This document shows, piece by piece, positions 38,183-48,452 of a DNA stretch of 64,000 nt. The first letter of the stretch is position 1. The number at the start of each line of letters is the position of its first letter. Below the pieces are notes generated by a model. That model worked only from the letters and a program-made list of their open reading frames with translations. It did not search any database and had not been told where the DNA came from. Made by a program: the position numbers and the translations under genes. Origin of the DNA: an uncultured Bacteroidota bacterium (GTDB lineage: Bacteria > Bacteroidota > Bacteroidia > Flavobacteriales > Flavobacteriaceae); assembly GCA_902520835.1 (NCBI GenBank), contig CABYPD010000001.1:226535-290534 (forward strand), written 5' to 3'.

Positions 38183-39154
38183 TTGAAAAATTTAGACAAC
38201 ATAAATTTAATAAATTCAAACAATTTTGACTTAATAGCTCTTGAAGTTTTTAAGTATCAATTTCAAAATAATAAAATATATAATAGCTATTGTGAGCAAT
38301 TAAATATAAAAGTTGAAACAATTAATTCGATAGATAAAATTCCATTTCTTCCTATTTCTTTTTTTAAGACTGCTAAAGTATTATCTACCAATAATGAAAT
38401 AGAAAAAGTATTTATAAGTAGTGGAACAACTGGAACTGAAAGCTATCATCATATCTCAGATCTTAAATTATATGAAAAAAGTATAAAATTGTGTTTTGAT
38501 AATCATTATGGTAATTCTTCTAATTATGCTTTTTTAGGAGTAACCCCAAAACCAATGGAAAAACCAAATTCATCGCTTATTTACATGATTGATTATTTAA
38601 TAAAAAATTCAGAATACAATGAAAGTTCTTTCTGTGAAAATGCAGATGAACTAAATGATAAAAGTTTATTTTTTGAAAAAAATAATATTAAATACATCAT
38701 ATACGGTCTTTCTCACGCTTTGCTAGATCTTTTGGAAAAATCTCGTTTTTCGTTTAAAAAGGCTATTATTATTGAAACTGGTGGTATGAAGGGAAAGAGA
38801 AAAGAAATTTCAAAAAAAGAACTTCACAAATTATTTGTATCAGGTTTTGGTACAAAAAAAATAAATTCTGAATACGGTATGACTGAGCTCTTGTCTCAAA
38901 GTTATTCTAATTCAGACTTGAATTTTAAAACTCCTAAAACAAAAAAACTATTAATAAGAGATATAAACGATCCATTCAAATTATCAAATTTTGGTAGAGG
39001 TCCAATTAATATTATTGATTTATCAAATATTAATTCATGTTCATTTATTGCAACTGATGATTATGGCTTGATTAAACAAAATGGATTTGAATTATTAGGA
39101 CGCTTGGAAGAATCAGACTTAAGAGGATGTAACCAAATGCTAAGTCAATACTAA
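38183..39154 (+). CDS. LuxE/PaaK-like acyl-protein synthetase family protein
   Basis: FKYQ...Y...IP.LPI.FFK N-terminus, SSGTTG adenylation motif, GGMKGKR and YGMTEL. Apparent TTG start. Confidence 0.6.
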   Translation: MKNLDNINLINSNNFDLIALEVFKYQFQNNKIYNSYCEQLNIKVETINSIDKIPFLPISFFKTAKVLSTNNEIEKVFISSGTTGTESYHHISDLKLYEKSIKLCFDNHYGNSSNYAFLGVTPKPMEKPNSSLIYMIDYLIKNSEYNESSFCENADELNDKSLFFEKNNIKYIIYGLSHALLDLLEKSRFSFKKAIIIETGGMKGKRKEISKKELHKLFVSGFGTKKINSEYGMTELLSQSYSNSDLNFKTPKTKKLLIRDINDPFKLSNFGRGPINIIDLSNINSCSFIATDDYGLIKQNGFELLGRLEESDLRGCNQMLSQY

Positions 39155-40423
39155 AAGAGAATAATTTTTTTTACCTCTTTGAATAACTAAATATTTATTG
39201 TGAATTAATTCAATGGATGATAAATCTTTATTAGAATCAATTTTTTCTTTATTTATTGATACAGAATTTTCTTTTAGGCTCCTAATGACATCAGACTTAG
39301 ATTTAAATAAAGGAGAAAATTTTAAAAGTTCTTCAGTGGAATAACAATTATTATATTCTTCATTAGTAATTGAATTAGTTGGAACTCCTTCAAAAACTTG
39401 AGTAAAGGTTTCTTCATCAATATCAGAAAAACCTGAGTCTTTATTTTTTGAAAATAAAATATTTGAAGCATTAAGTACTTTTTCTAAATCTTGTTTAGAA
39501 TGAACCATTTTAGTAAGTTCAGAAGCAATGAATTTTTGAAGAATTCTTTCATGGGGAGCTTTAAGGTGTTGATCAATTAATTCCTCAATAAATTTTTTGG
39601 ATTCGAAAGTAAAAATTTTAATGTATTTTTTTGAATCTTCATCAGAGGAGTTTAACCAATATTGATAAAATTTATATGGTGATGTTTTTTGTTTGTCTAG
39701 CCAAACATTTCCTTCCTCAGTCTTGCCAAATTTTGTGCCATCAACTTTAGTTATTAATGGGCAAGTCATTGCATTAGTCTTTTTTCCTGATTTTTTTCTA
39801 ATTAATTCAACGCCAGATGTTATATTACCCCATTGATCGCTACCACCCATTTGAATTGAACAATCATGGTTTTCATTTAAATAATAAAAATCATATGCTT
39901 GAAATAATTGATAAGTAAATTCTGTAAAAGACATTCCATCCGAACTATCAATTCCAAGTCTTTTTTTTACAGAATCTTTGGACATCATATAATTTACAGT
40001 TAGAGCTTTACCGAAATCTCTAAAAAATTCAATAATGTTTAACTTGTTGCACCAATCAAAATTATTTAAAATTATAGCTGAGTTTTTTGCATCATCAAAA
40101 TTTAAAAATTTAGAAAATTGAACCTTTAGTGATTTGATATTCTTATTTATAATATCTTGACTTAATAAATTTCTTTCTTTAGATTTTCCTGAGGGATCAC
40201 CTATCATTCCTGTAGCCCCACCTATTAATATGATTGGTTTATGACCATAATTTTGAAAATGCTTTAAAATTATTAATTGTACTAAACTTCCAATATGTAA
40301 TGAATCAGAGGTAGGGTCAAATCCAATATAACCAACGCAGATATTATTACTTATTTCATCCTCAAAAGATGGAGTAATATCTTGTACTAAACCACGCCAT
40401 TTTAATTCTTCAATGAAATTCAT
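39140..40423 (-). CDS. tyrS: Tyrosine--tRNA ligase
   Basis: GFDPTSDSLHIGSL (HIGH), GGSDQWGN, KFGKTE (KMSKS) and a C-terminal S4-like domain. Confidence 0.92.
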   Translation of the reverse strand: MNFIEELKWRGLVQDITPSFEDEISNNICVGYIGFDPTSDSLHIGSLVQLIILKHFQNYGHKPIILIGGATGMIGDPSGKSKERNLLSQDIINKNIKSLKVQFSKFLNFDDAKNSAIILNNFDWCNKLNIIEFFRDFGKALTVNYMMSKDSVKKRLGIDSSDGMSFTEFTYQLFQAYDFYYLNENHDCSIQMGGSDQWGNITSGVELIRKKSGKKTNAMTCPLITKVDGTKFGKTEEGNVWLDKQKTSPYKFYQYWLNSSDEDSKKYIKIFTFESKKFIEELIDQHLKAPHERILQKFIASELTKMVHSKQDLEKVLNASNILFSKNKDSGFSDIDEETFTQVFEGVPTNSITNEEYNNCYSTEELLKFSPLFKSKSDVIRSLKENSVSINKEKIDSNKDLSSIELIHNKYLVIQRGKKNYSLLVLT

Positions 40424-40442
40424 AGATTTTACCCAAATTTAT

Positions 40443-40775
40443 TTAATTGATGGCATTATTTAATGAATCTTTTAAAGTTTTTAACTTTTGATCCAATCCT
40501 GAATAAATTTTTAAGTAAAGTTTTGGGTTTTTTGTGTAATAGTCGTTGCTTCTTACAAAAGTTAAACAATCAATTTTATGTTTTTTAAACAAACTAGAAT
40601 CTCTAACTGAAAAATAATTACTATTAGATTTATTTGTAAACCCCCTGCTTGAATTTATTAAATTTACATCAAACAAGAAATCAATCATTTTGTTCTGATC
40701 CATAATATTTTCAGGTAATTTTTCATTACAACTAATTGAAATAATAAACAAAAAAATTATTGACTTAATTTTCAT
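40443..40775 (-). CDS. DUF4296-like lipoprotein
   Basis: Lipobox FIISISCN, M.DFLFDV pattern, and the usual Flavobacteriia position downstream of dihydroorotase. Confidence 0.5.
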   Translation of the reverse strand: MKIKSIIFLFIISISCNEKLPENIMDQNKMIDFLFDVNLINSSRGFTNKSNSNYFSVRDSSLFKKHKIDCLTFVRSNDYYTKNPKLYLKIYSGLDQKLKTLKDSLNNAIN

Positions 40776-42102
40776 TATTAAAATTAATTTTCATACCCAA
40801 TTTTGAATCATCAAGTTTACCATTATTAAATGCAAGGTGTCCATTAACAAAGGTATGAGTGATAACAGAATTAAAAGTTTTTCCCTCAAAAGGGGACCAT
40901 CCACATTTATACAAAATATTATTAGAACTAATTGTTTGTTTTTTGTTAGGATCTAGAATTACAAGGTCAGCATAGAATCCCTCTTTTATATAACCTCTTT
41001 TTTTAATTTTAAAAATTTTAGCTGGGTTATTACACATTTTTTCTACAATTTTTTGTAAAGTGATTTTTTTATTTAAATAATGTTCATACATAACTATCAA
41101 AGAATGTTGAACCAAAGGACCACCACTAGGACAATTTAAATACTTATTTTGTTTTTCTTTTAATGTATGTGGAGCATGGTCAGTTGCCACAATATCGATT
41201 CTGTCTGAATTAAGAGCATCCCAAAGAGCATCTTGATCTAATTGTGATTTAACCGCAGGATTCCATTTAATAAGAGCCCCTTTTTCTTTATAATCTAAGT
41301 CATTAAATGATAAATGATGAATGCATACTTCACTTGTTATATTTTTATTTTCCATAGGAAGTATTTCAAAAAGTTTAGACTCTGATTTTGTAGAAAGATG
41401 AAATACATGTAGTCTTGAATTACATTTTTTTGCAAGATCAATAATCCTTAATGTAGATTTAAGACATGCTTCCTCAGATCTTATTTTTGGATGATATTCA
41501 ATGGGAATATTATCTCCATATTTTTCTAAGTATTTATTTAAGTTTTTTTTAATTATACCTTCATCCTCACTATGTACAACTACTGGAACTTTTGAAAATT
41601 TCATTATATCCTGAATAACATTATAATCATCTACAAGCATATCTCCAGTTGATGAACCAAGGAATAGTTTAATTCCAGGTATCTCATTAAAATCTAATTT
41701 TTTAACCTCACTTAGATTAGAATTTGTACCGCCAAACATAAATGAAAAATTAGCTAATGAGTTATTAGCTGCTATCTCAAACTTACTTTTCAAATTTTCA
41801 ATAGTGGTTGTCTGAGGATTTGTGTTTGGCATCTCAAAGTATGAGGTTACTCCACCTGCAACAGCTGCTCTTGATTCTGAAAAAATGGTTCCTTTATGAC
41901 TCAAGCCAGGCTCTCTAAAATGAACCTGATCATCAATTATACCTGGAAATAAAAATTTATCACTACCATCAATAATTGTACAACCATTTTGCTCTGAAAT
42001 ATTAAAATCTATTTTATCAATAAATTTTCCCTTGACTAAAATATCTAATTTTTTAATTTCTTTAGACTCTACTACATTAATATTTTTAATCAGAAAATTC
42101 AT
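40765..42102 (-). CDS. pyrC: Dihydroorotase (long, allantoinase-like amidohydrolase type)
   Basis: PGIIDDQVHFREPG metal-binding HxH, VATDHAPH, and size 445 aa. Confidence 0.82.
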   Translation of the reverse strand: MNFLIKNINVVESKEIKKLDILVKGKFIDKIDFNISEQNGCTIIDGSDKFLFPGIIDDQVHFREPGLSHKGTIFSESRAAVAGGVTSYFEMPNTNPQTTTIENLKSKFEIAANNSLANFSFMFGGTNSNLSEVKKLDFNEIPGIKLFLGSSTGDMLVDDYNVIQDIMKFSKVPVVVHSEDEGIIKKNLNKYLEKYGDNIPIEYHPKIRSEEACLKSTLRIIDLAKKCNSRLHVFHLSTKSESKLFEILPMENKNITSEVCIHHLSFNDLDYKEKGALIKWNPAVKSQLDQDALWDALNSDRIDIVATDHAPHTLKEKQNKYLNCPSGGPLVQHSLIVMYEHYLNKKITLQKIVEKMCNNPAKIFKIKKRGYIKEGFYADLVILDPNKKQTISSNNILYKCGWSPFEGKTFNSVITHTFVNGHLAFNNGKLDDSKLGMKINFNNEN

Positions 42103-42872
42103 TTATATCTTAAAAATATGCTTTTAAATTTCATTTTTAGTATACCAAAAATTGCTTCAGGAATAATTGATTTATTCATTTTAGAATTACCTTTTACTCT
42201 GTCGGTAAAAATTATTGGAATTTCATAGAGTTTATAACCAAGTAAATGAGCTTTAAATTTCATTTCTATCTGAAATGCATAACCATTAAATTCAATACCT
42301 TTTTTTAATATGTTTCTAATCACACTTATTTTATATCCAACAAAACCTGAGGTTAAATCCATAACAGGGACCCTAGTTACAATTCGAGCATACAGAGAGC
42401 CAAAGTATGAGAGTAAGACCCTTTGAATTGGCCAATTAATTACATTCACACCGGTAATGTATCTTGAACCAATTACTACATCTGCTCCATCCTTAGCTAA
42501 AAAAACCTTCATTCTTAATAAATCTTTAGGATTGTGTGAGAAATCAGCATCAATGGTAAAAATTATTTCATATTTTGAATTTTTATTTAAAGTAATTCCG
42601 TTATTAACTAAGTTTTGTGATAAAGCCCATTTAAATCCATCAGAATATGCTGAACCTAAACCTAATTTAGATTTTCGTTTTAAAATAAATAATCTATTAT
42701 TTGAAACTTTAATTTTTTCTTCTACTAGATCAGAGGTTTTGTCTTGTGAATTGTCATCAACTACAAGAATATGTAAATTATCATCAAGCAAGAAAATTTC
42801 GTTAATTAAGTCAATAATATTTTCAGATTCATTATAGGTTGGAACTATTACTAGTGATCTTATAATTACCAT
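42099..42872 (-). CDS. GT2 polyprenol-phosphate mannosyltransferase (Dpm1-like)
   Basis: LVIVPTYNESENI, VVDDNSQDKT, DADFSHNP and GSRY. Confidence 0.8.
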   Translation of the reverse strand: MVIIRSLVIVPTYNESENIIDLINEIFLLDDNLHILVVDDNSQDKTSDLVEEKIKVSNNRLFILKRKSKLGLGSAYSDGFKWALSQNLVNNGITLNKNSKYEIIFTIDADFSHNPKDLLRMKVFLAKDGADVVIGSRYITGVNVINWPIQRVLLSYFGSLYARIVTRVPVMDLTSGFVGYKISVIRNILKKGIEFNGYAFQIEMKFKAHLLGYKLYEIPIIFTDRVKGNSKMNKSIIPEAIFGILKMKFKSIFLRYK

Positions 42873-42951
42873 TAATGTAAAATTATAACTTAATTTTTAT
42901 TGATTTTACAAATCTAATTAAGATTAATTCAAAAAATACTAAATGAATTTG

Positions 42952-42959
42952 TAAATTTG
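42952..42959 (+). promoter_or_regulatory. Candidate -7 box (TAAATTTG) upstream of the hemD-like gene
   Basis: Matches TAnnTTTG 24 nt upstream of the ATG at 42984. Confidence 0.3.
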
Positions 42960-42983
42960 CAGTCTTAATTTTTATTAAGACAC

Positions 42984-43736
42984 ATGAAAATTAAATCAAT
43001 TTTAGTATCTCAGCCTGAGCCTGAGCTTAAAAACTCGCCTTATAATCAACTTATAAAAAAATGGAAAGTTAAGGTCGATTTTAGACCGTTTATTCATGTT
43101 GAAGGAAAAACAAGTAGAGAAATTAGAAAACAAAAAATTGATCTTTCAAAATTTTCAGCAATAATTTTAACTAGTAGAAATTCTGTTGATCATTTCTTTC
43201 GTATAGCTGAGGAAATGAGATATCCAATCCCTAATGCTTTAAAATATTTTTGTCTTTCAGAAGCTGTTGCATTTTATTTGCAAAAATATGTTGTTTATCG
43301 AAAAAGAAAAATATATGTTGGTGATAGAACCTTTAACGAATTATCTGAAATTATAGCAAAGTATAATGAAGAAAACTATCTTCTTCCTGGAAGTAATGTT
43401 CTCTCCCCAAAGATTGAGGAAAAACTTGATGAATTAGAAATAAGATGGACAAAAGGTGTTTTTTACAATACCGTTGTTAGTGATCTTTCTGATTTGAAAA
43501 ATGTTTATTACGATGTTTTAGTATTTTTTAGCCCATCAGGAATTGAATCATTGTTCAAAAACTTCCCTGATTTTAAACAAAATCAAACTAGAATAGCTGT
43601 ATTTGGAAAAAACACTGTGAAAGCAGCTATTGATTCAGGCTTAAGAGTTGATATTGAAGCTCCACTAGCAAAAATACCATCAATGTCTAAAGCATTAGAT
43701 CTTTACATTGAAAAAACAAACAAATTTAAATCTTAA
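42984..43736 (+). CDS. hemD: Uroporphyrinogen-III synthase (HemD)-like protein
   Basis: ILVSQPEPE...Y..L......V.FRPFIHVEG is the typical Bacteroidota HemD-like N-terminus. Length 250 aa. Confidence 0.6.
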   Translation: MKIKSILVSQPEPELKNSPYNQLIKKWKVKVDFRPFIHVEGKTSREIRKQKIDLSKFSAIILTSRNSVDHFFRIAEEMRYPIPNALKYFCLSEAVAFYLQKYVVYRKRKIYVGDRTFNELSEIIAKYNEENYLLPGSNVLSPKIEEKLDELEIRWTKGVFYNTVVSDLSDLKNVYYDVLVFFSPSGIESLFKNFPDFKQNQTRIAVFGKNTVKAAIDSGLRVDIEAPLAKIPSMSKALDLYIEKTNKFKS

Positions 43737-44268
43737 ATTCAGGAACAAAATTTTCTAAAAATTCTTTAAAATCTTCTTGCGATTTTATATGTCGGTATTT
43801 ATCAGCTTTAAATAATTTTAAATAAATTTCAATTTGATTTGGATTTAAAAAGCCAGTAATCGGAGCAATTGGATTAGATTCATCATCAAAAAAAACAATT
43901 GTAGGATAGCCAGAAACACCTAAATACCTTGTAAAATCATGTGTAGCATTTCTTCTTCCTTTTAAATTATCTTGATAATTAAAATTTGAAAACTCTCTCC
44001 CCTTGAATTTAATTTTATTAGGACCCTCAGCATTAAATTTAACAGCATAAAAATTATTATTTACAAAATTAACAACATCAGGATTTTGAAAGGTATTTAA
44101 GTCCATTAATTTACATGGACCACACCAATCAGTGTAGATATCCATAATAATATTTTTAGGAACTTTTTTTTGTAATTCTTGAGCTTTTTCTATGCTTATC
44201 CAGTTAATTTCTTGTGCAGAATTAGAAAAAAAAATAAATAAAGAAATCAAAAAAAATAATTTATGCAT
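43726..44268 (-). CDS. Secreted thioredoxin-fold protein
   Basis: Signal peptide, WCGPCKLM redox motif and GYPT cis-Pro loop. Confidence 0.8.
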   Translation of the reverse strand: MHKLFFLISLFIFFSNSAQEINWISIEKAQELQKKVPKNIIMDIYTDWCGPCKLMDLNTFQNPDVVNFVNNNFYAVKFNAEGPNKIKFKGREFSNFNYQDNLKGRRNATHDFTRYLGVSGYPTIVFFDDESNPIAPITGFLNPNQIEIYLKLFKADKYRHIKSQEDFKEFLENFVPEFKI

Positions 44269-44340
44269 AAAGCTAATGTATATTAAAAATTCATTTTTAA
44301 CTTATTGAATTATTTAAATAAATTATAAAACTTTTACATT

Positions 44341-45888
44341 CTAACTAAAACCATGCATTTTTCTCTTTAAAAATCCATTTAGTAAAAACATTATTATACC
44401 AGCACCAACAGGAATTAATGTAAAAATTAGAAAGAATCCAGATAAACCTGCTTTCTCGGAAATAATATTGATATAGCTACCAGTCAAACCTCCGATTAGA
44501 TTTGCAAAAAAACTAGATAACAACCAAAATCCAAACATTAAGCCTACTAATCTAACTGGTGCAAGTTTACTTACGTATGATAAGCCTACAGGAGATACGC
44601 ATAACTCACCGAGGGTATGAAATAAATAAGCAAAAACTAACCAAAATATACTAACGCTAGCTGTTTGAGCACCATAGGGTATTGACATGGAACCATATGC
44701 TAAGAAACCAAAACCTAGACCTAATAGAATTAAGCCAATTGAAAACTTTATTGGTCCTGAAGGATTATACCTTGAAGCCCAAATTTTAGAAAAAATAGGA
44801 GCAAAAAGTATTATGAATAGTGAATTTAAAACAGAGAACCAGGATGCTGGAATTTCAGTTGCTTCTTGACTAAACTCATTATTAATCATCCATATAACGA
44901 TTCCCCATATTATGACAAAACTTGTACCTAGGAAGAAATTTGATATAAAATACTTTTGAAATATATTTTGAAACAATTTATACAAAACATAGGTTATCAC
45001 TGCCATTGGAACAATAGTAATTATAGTATTTACAGTTTTAAAAATTGTGGCTGAATCTCCAGTTAAATTTCTTTCAGTATAATCATTTGCAAAAATTGTC
45101 ATAGACCCACCTGCCTGCTCAAAAGCCCACCAAAAAAATATTGTTGCTGCAGAAAAAACTAGAATAACTGAAATTCTATCCCACTCAATGCTTGTAATTG
45201 GTGTCTTAACTTTTTCGTCAGAATTTTTACCTTTTTTCTCAGGCTTAAGACCAATAGATCCAAAAATTTCTTGGGCATAATAAAATTGAAGCATACCAAA
45301 AAACATAAAAATTCCTGCTAATCCAAATCCCCAATGCCATCCAACTTTTTCACCTAAATAACCGCACAATAGAATACCCAAGAATGCACCTGCATTGATA
45401 CCCATATAGAATATAGTATAGGCACCATCTTTTCTAATATCATCATCTTTGTATAGCTGACCAACAATTGATGAAATATTTGGTTTGAACAAACCATTAC
45501 CTATTATCAACAACCCAATTCCTAGAAAGAAGAAAGTATCAGCATAATACTCTAACGCCATTGAACCATGACCCAAAGCCATAATAAAAGCACCCATCAC
45601 AGTTGCATTTCTGTAACCTAAAAACTTATCCGCTAAGATTCCACCGATTAAAGGAGTAAAATATACAAGTCCTGTATACCAACCGTATAAAACTAATGCA
45701 TCTTCTCTTTCCCATCCCCATCCTTCATTCATAATTGATGAGGTTAGAAAAAGTACAAGAATTGCTCTCATTCCATAGTAACTGAATCGTTCCCACATTT
45801 CAGTAAAAAATAAGACAAATAAACCTGTTGGATGATCAAAAATTGTCTTTTGATTTAGCTCTGATCCATTAAATTGCCCACCTATCAT
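44341..45888 (-). CDS. dtpT: POT/PTR2-family di-/tripeptide:proton symporter
   Basis: FTEMWERFSYYGMRAILVLFL and the PTR2 signature FYMGINAGAF. About 14 TM helices. Confidence 0.88.
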   Translation of the reverse strand: MIGGQFNGSELNQKTIFDHPTGLFVLFFTEMWERFSYYGMRAILVLFLTSSIMNEGWGWEREDALVLYGWYTGLVYFTPLIGGILADKFLGYRNATVMGAFIMALGHGSMALEYYADTFFFLGIGLLIIGNGLFKPNISSIVGQLYKDDDIRKDGAYTIFYMGINAGAFLGILLCGYLGEKVGWHWGFGLAGIFMFFGMLQFYYAQEIFGSIGLKPEKKGKNSDEKVKTPITSIEWDRISVILVFSAATIFFWWAFEQAGGSMTIFANDYTERNLTGDSATIFKTVNTIITIVPMAVITYVLYKLFQNIFQKYFISNFFLGTSFVIIWGIVIWMINNEFSQEATEIPASWFSVLNSLFIILFAPIFSKIWASRYNPSGPIKFSIGLILLGLGFGFLAYGSMSIPYGAQTASVSIFWLVFAYLFHTLGELCVSPVGLSYVSKLAPVRLVGLMFGFWLLSSFFANLIGGLTGSYINIISEKAGLSGFFLIFTLIPVGAGIIMFLLNGFLKRKMHGFS

Positions 45889-45918
45889 ATCTATTTTTTT
45901 CTAAATGTATTTATTTAA

Positions 45919-46542
45919 TTATAATTCTCCAACGATTTTTCTACCATGATAATATCTTCCATTAATTTTTCTATGTAAAGATTCAAGATTTTCTTTAGTA
46001 ATTTGTCCTGCACTGATCATCTCAAAACCATTAGGTGAAATATCAATCATTTTCTTTAAAATTTCTGATCCCTTTAATGCAGATGATTCTCCACCAGACG
46101 AAAGAACTCCATCTACGTCATCTAGCTTTAATATTTTTTTTAATGATTCTAAAGATGAAGCAGTTAAGTCAATAGCTTTATGAATAATAACATTTAACGG
46201 TTTCGAAAACTTAGCTAAATAATCTATTTTTTTTAAATCCAGCTCAGAACTATTATTCAAACATCCATAAACAATTCCATCAAAGTTTTCCTTTTTACAA
46301 AATTCAATAGTTTTTTTCATTTCTATTAAATCCTCATTATTATAATTAAAAGTTTTTGAGTGAGGTCTGATCATTACTCGAATTGGTATTGGTATTTTTA
46401 ATTTTGATTTTTTTAAAACCTTTAAACTAGGAGATAGACCATCTTCAAATAAATTTGAACAAAGTTCGATTCTATCTGCACCCTTATGAAATGCTGATAT
46501 TGCATCATCTAAATTATCAACGCATACTTCCTTTATAATCAT
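45919..46542 (-). CDS. cutC: CutC-family TIM-barrel protein
   Basis: EVCVDNLDDA..A...GADRIELC and HKAID. TAATG overlap with the nagB stop. Confidence 0.75.
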   Translation of the reverse strand: MIIKEVCVDNLDDAISAFHKGADRIELCSNLFEDGLSPSLKVLKKSKLKIPIPIRVMIRPHSKTFNYNNEDLIEMKKTIEFCKKENFDGIVYGCLNNSSELDLKKIDYLAKFSKPLNVIIHKAIDLTASSLESLKKILKLDDVDGVLSSGGESSALKGSEILKKMIDISPNGFEMISAGQITKENLESLHRKINGRYYHGRKIVGEL

Positions 46543-48452
46543 TAAAAATGATATCTTCTAAAAGTTTCCATTGCTTGATAATCTGCCATACCTAAATTTC
46601 TGTATTGTTTAGCAATATCACGGTTCCTTTCTTCAACTCTTTCCCAAAATTCCCTTTTATCATCACCCTGAAACATAACAGTATTATTTTGAGATTTATG
46701 AAAAAAAATAGATTTTCTTTTCTTTAAAACTTGTTGTGGACTTAATGGTACAGCCATATCTATTTCATTAATTTCCCACTCATGCCAAGCTCCTCTGTAT
46801 AACCATACCCAACAATTACTCATAAATTTTTCTTTCTTTAACTTATTCAATGATTGGAAAAGAAGCTTTATGCAAACAGCGTGTGTTCCATGAGGGTCTG
46901 CAAGATCTCCAGCAGCATAAATTTGGTGAGGCTTAATTTTTGAGATTATTTGATTCATTAAATCTATATCATTTTTTGAGGTTTTGTTCTTTACAATCTT
47001 GCCAGATTCATAGAATGGTAACCTTAAAAAATGTACGTTTTGATCATTTAATCCGACGTAACGTGTAGCAGATAATGCTTCTTTTTCTCTTATTTTGGCG
47101 GCAACTTCTCTAATAAATTTATTATCAAATATTTCATTACTATCTAATAATTTATTTTTAGTACTATTGATAAAATTATCATTAACATTAAAAACGTCAG
47201 AATAAACTTCTAAAAATTTTAATACTGAATCATTTGAAACAGCAATATTTCCAGATGTTTGATAAACAACATGTACATCATGTCCATGATCAACTAATCT
47301 TTGAAAAGTTCCACCCATAGAAATTACATCATCATCAGGATGAGGGCTAAATATTATTATTTTCTTTTTTTCTGGCTTCGCTCTTTCAGGTCTATATGTG
47401 TCATCTGAGTTAGGTTTTCCACCTGGCCAACCAGTTATTGTCCGTTGAACCCTATTGAAAATTTCAATATTTAAATCATGAATTGATTGATTAGCAGCTA
47501 ACTCTGATAAGTCGTTCTGAATGTAATCTCTAAGAGATAATCTAAGGATTGACTTATTAGTTTTCTTACATAACCAAGTAAGTGCTCTTGTTTTAGTATT
47601 TAAATCCCATTTAACATTACCATCAACCAACCATGGAGATTCAATTCTTGTTAGTTGAGATGAACTTCCTTTATCCAAAACAAAAGTGGTATTTTTATGT
47701 TTTTGCAGAAAACTAGCTGTAATATTTTGTGTTATTTCAGATTCTATCGACTCAAAAACTACATCTTTTTTGTTTTCACCCCAAGCAAGAAGTACAACTC
47801 TTTTTGCTTTTAAAATAGTTGAAACACCCATTGTAATTGCTGTTTTTGGAACATTGTAAATTCCCCCAAAAGCTTTTGAAGCATCTTGTCTGGTTAAATA
47901 GTCTAGCTTAATTAATCTAGTTATTGAATTACGACTAGATCCTGGTTCGTTAAATCCAATATGGCCTGTTCTACCAATACCTAAAAGTTGAAAATCAATC
48001 CCTCCAAGTTTTTCAATTTTCTTTTCATAATTTTTACAATACTTCTCAATTTCATTCTTTTTTAAATCACCTTTTGGGATATTAACATTATTATAGTCTA
48101 TATCAATATGGTTAAATAAATTTTCATACATGAAAGTATGATAACTTTCGGCATTATTAGGTGATATTGGATAATATTCATCAAGATTAAATGTTACAAC
48201 ATTTTTAAAGCTTAATTTTTCTTTTTTATGAATATTAATTAACTCTTCATAAACTGTAATTGGAGATGAACCGGTAGCTAAACCTAAAATACATTTCTGT
48301 TTTTTTGATTGCTTGTATTTAATCAAATCTGCAATTTCTCTAGCCACTGCTTTTGATCCAATTTTAGAATTATCAAAAATTACATTATGAATTTTTTCAA
48401 GTCTTGTTTCTTGAGTAATACCAGGCTTTAAATGTTTTAATAATTCACTCAT
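46542..48452 (-). CDS. nagB: Long-form glucosamine-6-phosphate deaminase: NagB domain fused to a PIG-L/LmbE-type deacetylase-like domain
   Basis: LGLATGSSP, FNLDEYY and GIGRTGHIGFNEPGS in the NagB domain (aa 1-260). IIIFSPHPDDDVISMGGT (PIG-L HPDD motif) from aa ~363. Confidence 0.85.
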   Translation of the reverse strand: MSELLKHLKPGITQETRLEKIHNVIFDNSKIGSKAVAREIADLIKYKQSKKQKCILGLATGSSPITVYEELINIHKKEKLSFKNVVTFNLDEYYPISPNNAESYHTFMYENLFNHIDIDYNNVNIPKGDLKKNEIEKYCKNYEKKIEKLGGIDFQLLGIGRTGHIGFNEPGSSRNSITRLIKLDYLTRQDASKAFGGIYNVPKTAITMGVSTILKAKRVVLLAWGENKKDVVFESIESEITQNITASFLQKHKNTTFVLDKGSSSQLTRIESPWLVDGNVKWDLNTKTRALTWLCKKTNKSILRLSLRDYIQNDLSELAANQSIHDLNIEIFNRVQRTITGWPGGKPNSDDTYRPERAKPEKKKIIIFSPHPDDDVISMGGTFQRLVDHGHDVHVVYQTSGNIAVSNDSVLKFLEVYSDVFNVNDNFINSTKNKLLDSNEIFDNKFIREVAAKIREKEALSATRYVGLNDQNVHFLRLPFYESGKIVKNKTSKNDIDLMNQIISKIKPHQIYAAGDLADPHGTHAVCIKLLFQSLNKLKKEKFMSNCWVWLYRGAWHEWEINEIDMAVPLSPQQVLKKRKSIFFHKSQNNTVMFQGDDKREFWERVEERNRDIAKQYRNLGMADYQAMETFRRYHF

